A DNA stretch of 64,000 bases from an uncultured Gemmatimonadales bacterium (lineage in GTDB: Bacteria > Gemmatimonadota > Gemmatimonadetes > Gemmatimonadales > GWC2-71-9): assembly GCA_963795085.1 (NCBI GenBank), contig CAWCFX010000006.1, forward strand, positions 416,001 through 480,000, written 5' to 3'. Positions 60,098 to 64,000 of the stretch are shown piece by piece. Under the pieces are notes generated by a model. The model did not search any database and was not told where the DNA came from. It was given only the letters and a program-made list of their open reading frames with translations. Every line of letters starts with the position of its first letter. Position 1 is the first letter of the stretch. The translations under genes and the position numbers were made by a program.

Positions 60098-61663
60098 ATG
60101 TCCCGCAAGAAATTCACCCGCCGCCAGTTTGTCTCCAGTTCCAGCGCCATGGCCCTGGGAGCCACCATTCTTCCCCGCCGGGTCCTGGGCGGTCCGGGGT
60201 ACCAGGCTCCCAGTGACACGGTCAACTTCGCCGTGGTCGGGTTTGGCGGCATGGGCGCCGAGAATGCCATGGAGCTGGTCAAGACGGAGAACATGGTGGC
60301 GGTGTGCGACGTGGATTTTGGCTACGCGGACCGGAAGATCACCGACCGGCTCAAGACCGGCGAGGGGCAGGACCGGCCCGAGGGACTCAAGCTGCAGGAG
60401 CACTACCGGAAGGCGAAGCGCTACGACGACTTCCGGGAGATGCTGCAGACGGAGAAGGGGATCGACGCCGTGGTGGTCGCGACCCCGGACCATCTGCACG
60501 GGGTGGTGGCCAAGGCGGCGATGGACATGGGCAAGCACGTCTATGTGCAGAAACCGCTGACCTGGTCGGTGCACGAGGCCCGCGTTCTCCGGCAGACGGC
60601 GATGGCCAACCCGAAGATCGTCACCCAGATGGGCAACCAGGGCCACTCGCGCGAGTCGGCGCTTTTCATCAACGAATGGATCCAGGCCGGGGTGATCGGT
60701 CCGGTGCACGAGGTGCACTCCTGGACCAACCGGCCCACCGCCTACTGGCCGCAGGGTCTTCCCCGCCCCATCGGGGGGGCCATTCCCGAGGTGAACAGCC
60801 CCTACGGCCAGCCCTGGAACTACCGGCACGTGCAGAACGTGCTCGGCGCCGCGATGGGCGGCGGCTCGGCGCCGCCGCCCGGGCTGCACTGGGATCTCTA
60901 CCTCGGCCCGGTGGCGGAGGACATTCCGTTCCATCCGATCTACCACCCGTTCAACTGGCGCGGCTGGGTGGATTTCGGGGTCGGTGCGCTGGGGGACATG
61001 GGAGCCCACCTGATTGACCACCCCTACTGGGCGCTGGGCCTCACCTATCCGACCAGCATCGAGGCGACGTCCACCCCCTGGGGTACCATGCGGCTACCGC
61101 CGGAAGACCCCAACGCCCCGGCCAACACCCCCGCCGGGCGGCCCCGCTCAAAGCCCGTGTCGTATCCTGTCGCCACCCGGGTGAACTACCAGTTCCCGGC
61201 CCGCGGGACCATGCCACCCGTCAAGCTCTTCTGGACCGATGGCGGCCTCTTCCCGCCCCGGCCCGATGCCTTGCCGGACACCGTGGAGTTGAAGGGGGAG
61301 GGCGGGGTGATCTACATCGGGGAGAAGGGGATCCTGATGCACGACACCTACGGCGAGAATCCCCAGCTTTACCCCGAGTCCCTGAAAGAGGCGGCGGCCC
61401 GGGTGCCGAAGTCGATGCCGCGGATCACGTGGAGCCACGAACTCAACTGGGCCAAGGCGATCAAGGGCCAGGATGGCGCCCGGGCCAGCTCACCCTTCGA
61501 CTACGCCGCCCGGCTCACCGAAACGATGTTGCTGGGCCTGGTGGCGCTCCGCACCGGGCAGGGCAAGCATATCCTCTATGACGGCAATGCGGGGACAGTG
61601 ACCAACCGGCCGGAGGCGAACCAGTACCTGAGCCGGGAATACCGGGCGGGCTGGGCGATCTGA
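60098..61663 (+). CDS. Tat-exported Gfo/Idh/MocA oxidoreductase
   Basis: [47 protein letters not shown]. Confidence 0.93.
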   Translation: MSRKKFTRRQFVSSSSAMALGATILPRRVLGGPGYQAPSDTVNFAVVGFGGMGAENAMELVKTENMVAVCDVDFGYADRKITDRLKTGEGQDRPEGLKLQEHYRKAKRYDDFREMLQTEKGIDAVVVATPDHLHGVVAKAAMDMGKHVYVQKPLTWSVHEARVLRQTAMANPKIVTQMGNQGHSRESALFINEWIQAGVIGPVHEVHSWTNRPTAYWPQGLPRPIGGAIPEVNSPYGQPWNYRHVQNVLGAAMGGGSAPPPGLHWDLYLGPVAEDIPFHPIYHPFNWRGWVDFGVGALGDMGAHLIDHPYWALGLTYPTSIEATSTPWGTMRLPPEDPNAPANTPAGRPRSKPVSYPVATRVNYQFPARGTMPPVKLFWTDGGLFPPRPDALPDTVELKGEGGVIYIGEKGILMHDTYGENPQLYPESLKEAAARVPKSMPRITWSHELNWAKAIKGQDGARASSPFDYAARLTETMLLGLVALRTGQGKHILYDGNAGTVTNRPEANQYLSREYRAGWAI

Positions 61664-61873
61664 GGGGAAACTTGGCAAAGGTCAGAGAATCCGGGCGCCT
61701 CCGATCTGGCGGTAAGCTGCCACAGCCGAACTGCAAAGGTTGAAGAAAAAGGAAGATTACGAAATGCTGTTTATGCCTGTTCGGGGCCATTCGATTGTTT
61801 CGTGCTTTGGCGTTTGGCTGTTTGCACTTGGGACTTAGATGATCTTCACTCCCTTTCTCTCTCGTTGAGAACA

Positions 61874-62572
61874 ATGCGCTCACACCTCCTTTCTCTCCTG
61901 GTTATTCTGCCTTTTTCCTTTGCCTGCAACCGCCCCGCGCCCCCGCGGGAGGAGGCCGCGATGACACCGGATACCACCTGGGTCTCGCTCTTTGACGGAA
62001 CCACCATGGCCGCCTGGCGCGGCTACCAGGCGGACTCGATGCCCGCCGGCTGGCACCTCGCCGACGGGACGCTTCGAAAGGACAACCCGACCGGGGACAT
62101 CGTCACCCGGGCACAGTTTGGTGATTTCGAGCTGGAACTGGAATGGCAGCTGGCGGCAGGCGGAAATGCCGGGATCTTCTACCGCGGCACCGAGGAGTAC
62201 GAGAAGATCTACTGGAGCGCGCCCGAGTACCAGCTGCTGGACGACGCGACCGCGCCTCCCGGCGAGACCCGGCTCACTTCGGCGGGGGCCGCCTACGGAC
62301 TTTACCCCTCGCCGGAAGGGGTCCTCAAGCCGGCGGGCCAGTGGAACGCGGCGCGGATCATGGTGCGCGGCAGCCACGTGGAGCACTGGATGAATGGGCA
62401 GAAGCTGCTGGAGTACGAACTGGGAGGCCCCGACTGGCTGGCCAGGGTGAAAGGCAGCAAGTTCGCCGAGTGGCCCAACTACGGGCTTGCCCGGCAGGGG
62501 TACATCGCCATCCAGGGCGATCACGAGGGGACCCTCTCCCTTCGAAACATCCGGATCCGGAAGCTGAGCTAG
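61874..62572 (+). CDS. DUF1080 (3-keto-glycoside hydratase-like) lipoprotein
   Basis: WVSLFDG, FGDFELELEW, GNAGIFY, PEYQLLD, GQWN, VEHWMNG, IAIQGDH, RNIRIRKL. Confidence 0.92.
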   Translation: MRSHLLSLLVILPFSFACNRPAPPREEAAMTPDTTWVSLFDGTTMAAWRGYQADSMPAGWHLADGTLRKDNPTGDIVTRAQFGDFELELEWQLAAGGNAGIFYRGTEEYEKIYWSAPEYQLLDDATAPPGETRLTSAGAAYGLYPSPEGVLKPAGQWNAARIMVRGSHVEHWMNGQKLLEYELGGPDWLARVKGSKFAEWPNYGLARQGYIAIQGDHEGTLSLRNIRIRKLS

Positions 62573-63999
62573 GTCACCAGGAACGAAAGCAACTCCCCGG
62601 GCCGGGCGGTGAACCGGACCGCCTGGTCCTCGATCGCCAGGCTGCCGCCCTCCAGCGGCGACTCGTCGGCGCGCACCCGCTGCACCGCCGCCGGCACGAA
62701 GCCGAACCGCAGCGTACCCGCGGCGTCCGTCTCCCCGATATTGTAGCACCGCAGCACCATCCCGCGGCCGGCTTCCGCCGGCTTGAGGATGGAGTGCATC
62801 AACCCCGCACCGTCCAGCTCGATACTCCCCGCCGGAGCCATCTCCCCGTTCCAATCCCGGAACCAGGCGGCCCGAAGGGGAAGGCAGGCGTCCTCCCATT
62901 GCTCGTGCAGCATGACCGGGTCTCCCCACCGGCCACCTCCCAGGGCGAAGGCAAAGTGCAGTTGCTCCGGGCCGGGACACTGAGCCAGCGGCGTGGGAGT
63001 CGGCCACCCGGCGTGGCCGGGCCGGTCCGCCAGGTCGCCGCGCGACAACTGGCCCACCGCCCGCAGCACGGTGAACCAGAGGTCGCCGCCGGTCCCCAGT
63101 TCATACTCGAAGAACCCGGGGGCGAACAAGGCGAATCCCGGCTCCCCCGCAATGCCGACAAAGCGGTGCGCCGGTGCCGTGGTCACCGGTGTCTCGCTGA
63201 CATGAGGCCGGTCAATCACCGGCCCGCGCACGGTGCTCCCGAACTGGGCGCCGGCCCGGGCCGGCCGCCCCGGATACCCCACCGGGAACCGGACGCGAAG
63301 CCGGTGATCCTGCGCCTGGTTGGCGAGGTCGAGGGTACAGCGGACCACCCGGTCGTCGCGGCAGAGGCTGAGGGTCATCGTCGCGCGAATGATGCCGCCA
63401 CCCCCGCCCTGCTTCCTCGGCACCCGGATCTCGCCGGCGATCTCCAGCGCGGCCACCAGCGGCCCCGCCGCCAGCACCCGCACCTGGACCGGCCGCCGCA
63501 TCCGCCAGAGGCGCGGCCGGCGGGACCCCGCAAAGGTGTAAGTGTCACCCCCGTCCGGCTCTGCCTCCAGCCGGAGCATACCGCTTCGAGACACGCCGGT
63601 TTCCCGGTCCCGCACCGTCAGGGTCCCGTCGCTCGCGACGGTGATCGCCACGTGCTCGTTGGACAGGCGGCGGCCGTTCGCCTCCGCGCCGCCGAAGGCC
63701 GGCATCGGCTCCCCGGCCACCAGGGTCAGCAGGGCCGTTCCCAGCCCCGCCACCGGCGGCGTCTCGAAGGCTACCCGCACCACGTCCACTTCGTCCTGGT
63801 CCGGGTAGTGTGCGTGGGCGTCGAGTCGCTCCAGCGCCCGCTGGGTGCTGAGCACCTGGACCCGGGATATTTCCCCGCCTTCCGCCTGCAGCGCGAAGGT
63901 CTCACCCTCCGGCGCGGACCGCGGCACCCGGTTGCCCGGCGGACCCACCAGCACGTCCCGCCGGAACCGGGTTATCGCGGCGAAGGTGATTCCTTCCCG
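62569..63999 (-). CDS. 5'-partial GH38 alpha-mannosidase-like protein (C-terminal part)
   Basis: GDTY, DHRLRVRFP, EYE, TVLRAVGQLSRGDL..RPGHAG..TPTPLAQC, LKPAE, VLRCYN; frame is open to the window end. Confidence 0.85.
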   Translation of the reverse strand, partial: REGITFAAITRFRRDVLVGPPGNRVPRSAPEGETFALQAEGGEISRVQVLSTQRALERLDAHAHYPDQDEVDVVRVAFETPPVAGLGTALLTLVAGEPMPAFGGAEANGRRLSNEHVAITVASDGTLTVRDRETGVSRSGMLRLEAEPDGGDTYTFAGSRRPRLWRMRRPVQVRVLAAGPLVAALEIAGEIRVPRKQGGGGGIIRATMTLSLCRDDRVVRCTLDLANQAQDHRLRVRFPVGYPGRPARAGAQFGSTVRGPVIDRPHVSETPVTTAPAHRFVGIAGEPGFALFAPGFFEYELGTGGDLWFTVLRAVGQLSRGDLADRPGHAGWPTPTPLAQCPGPEQLHFAFALGGGRWGDPVMLHEQWEDACLPLRAAWFRDWNGEMAPAGSIELDGAGLMHSILKPAEAGRGMVLRCYNIGETDAAGTLRFGFVPAAVQRVRADESPLEGGSLAIEDQAVRFTARPGELLSFLVT

Positions 64000-64000
64000 C

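Overview
GC-rich bacterial chromosomal window, most likely Gemmatimonadota (inferred from the PknB-type kinase N-terminal signature and the repeat content). No rRNA, tRNA, CRISPR array, transposase or integrase was recognised. It is mostly accessory: many short orphan secreted or membrane ORFs, plus ppc, a cold-shock gene, a cysteine-synthase-like gene, a P450, hydrolases, a LytS/LytTR pair with an S41 peptidase, a Gfo/DUF1080 pair and a partial GH38 gene. The main unexplained structures are: (1) a non-coding array of about 20 degenerate 21-22 bp repeats upstream of an uncharacterised helical protein (9345-10854); (2) a sigma54-type MacAB/His-kinase/NtrC operon containing a receiver-domain duplicate fused to a Ser/Thr kinase; (3) scattered integron attC-like sites with no integrase in view; (4) several palindromic or tandem repeat families, including a 4x132 bp multi-hairpin array. 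About nine genes carry single-base frameshifts, from decay or long-read error. All calls come from reading the sequence by eye; no searches were run.
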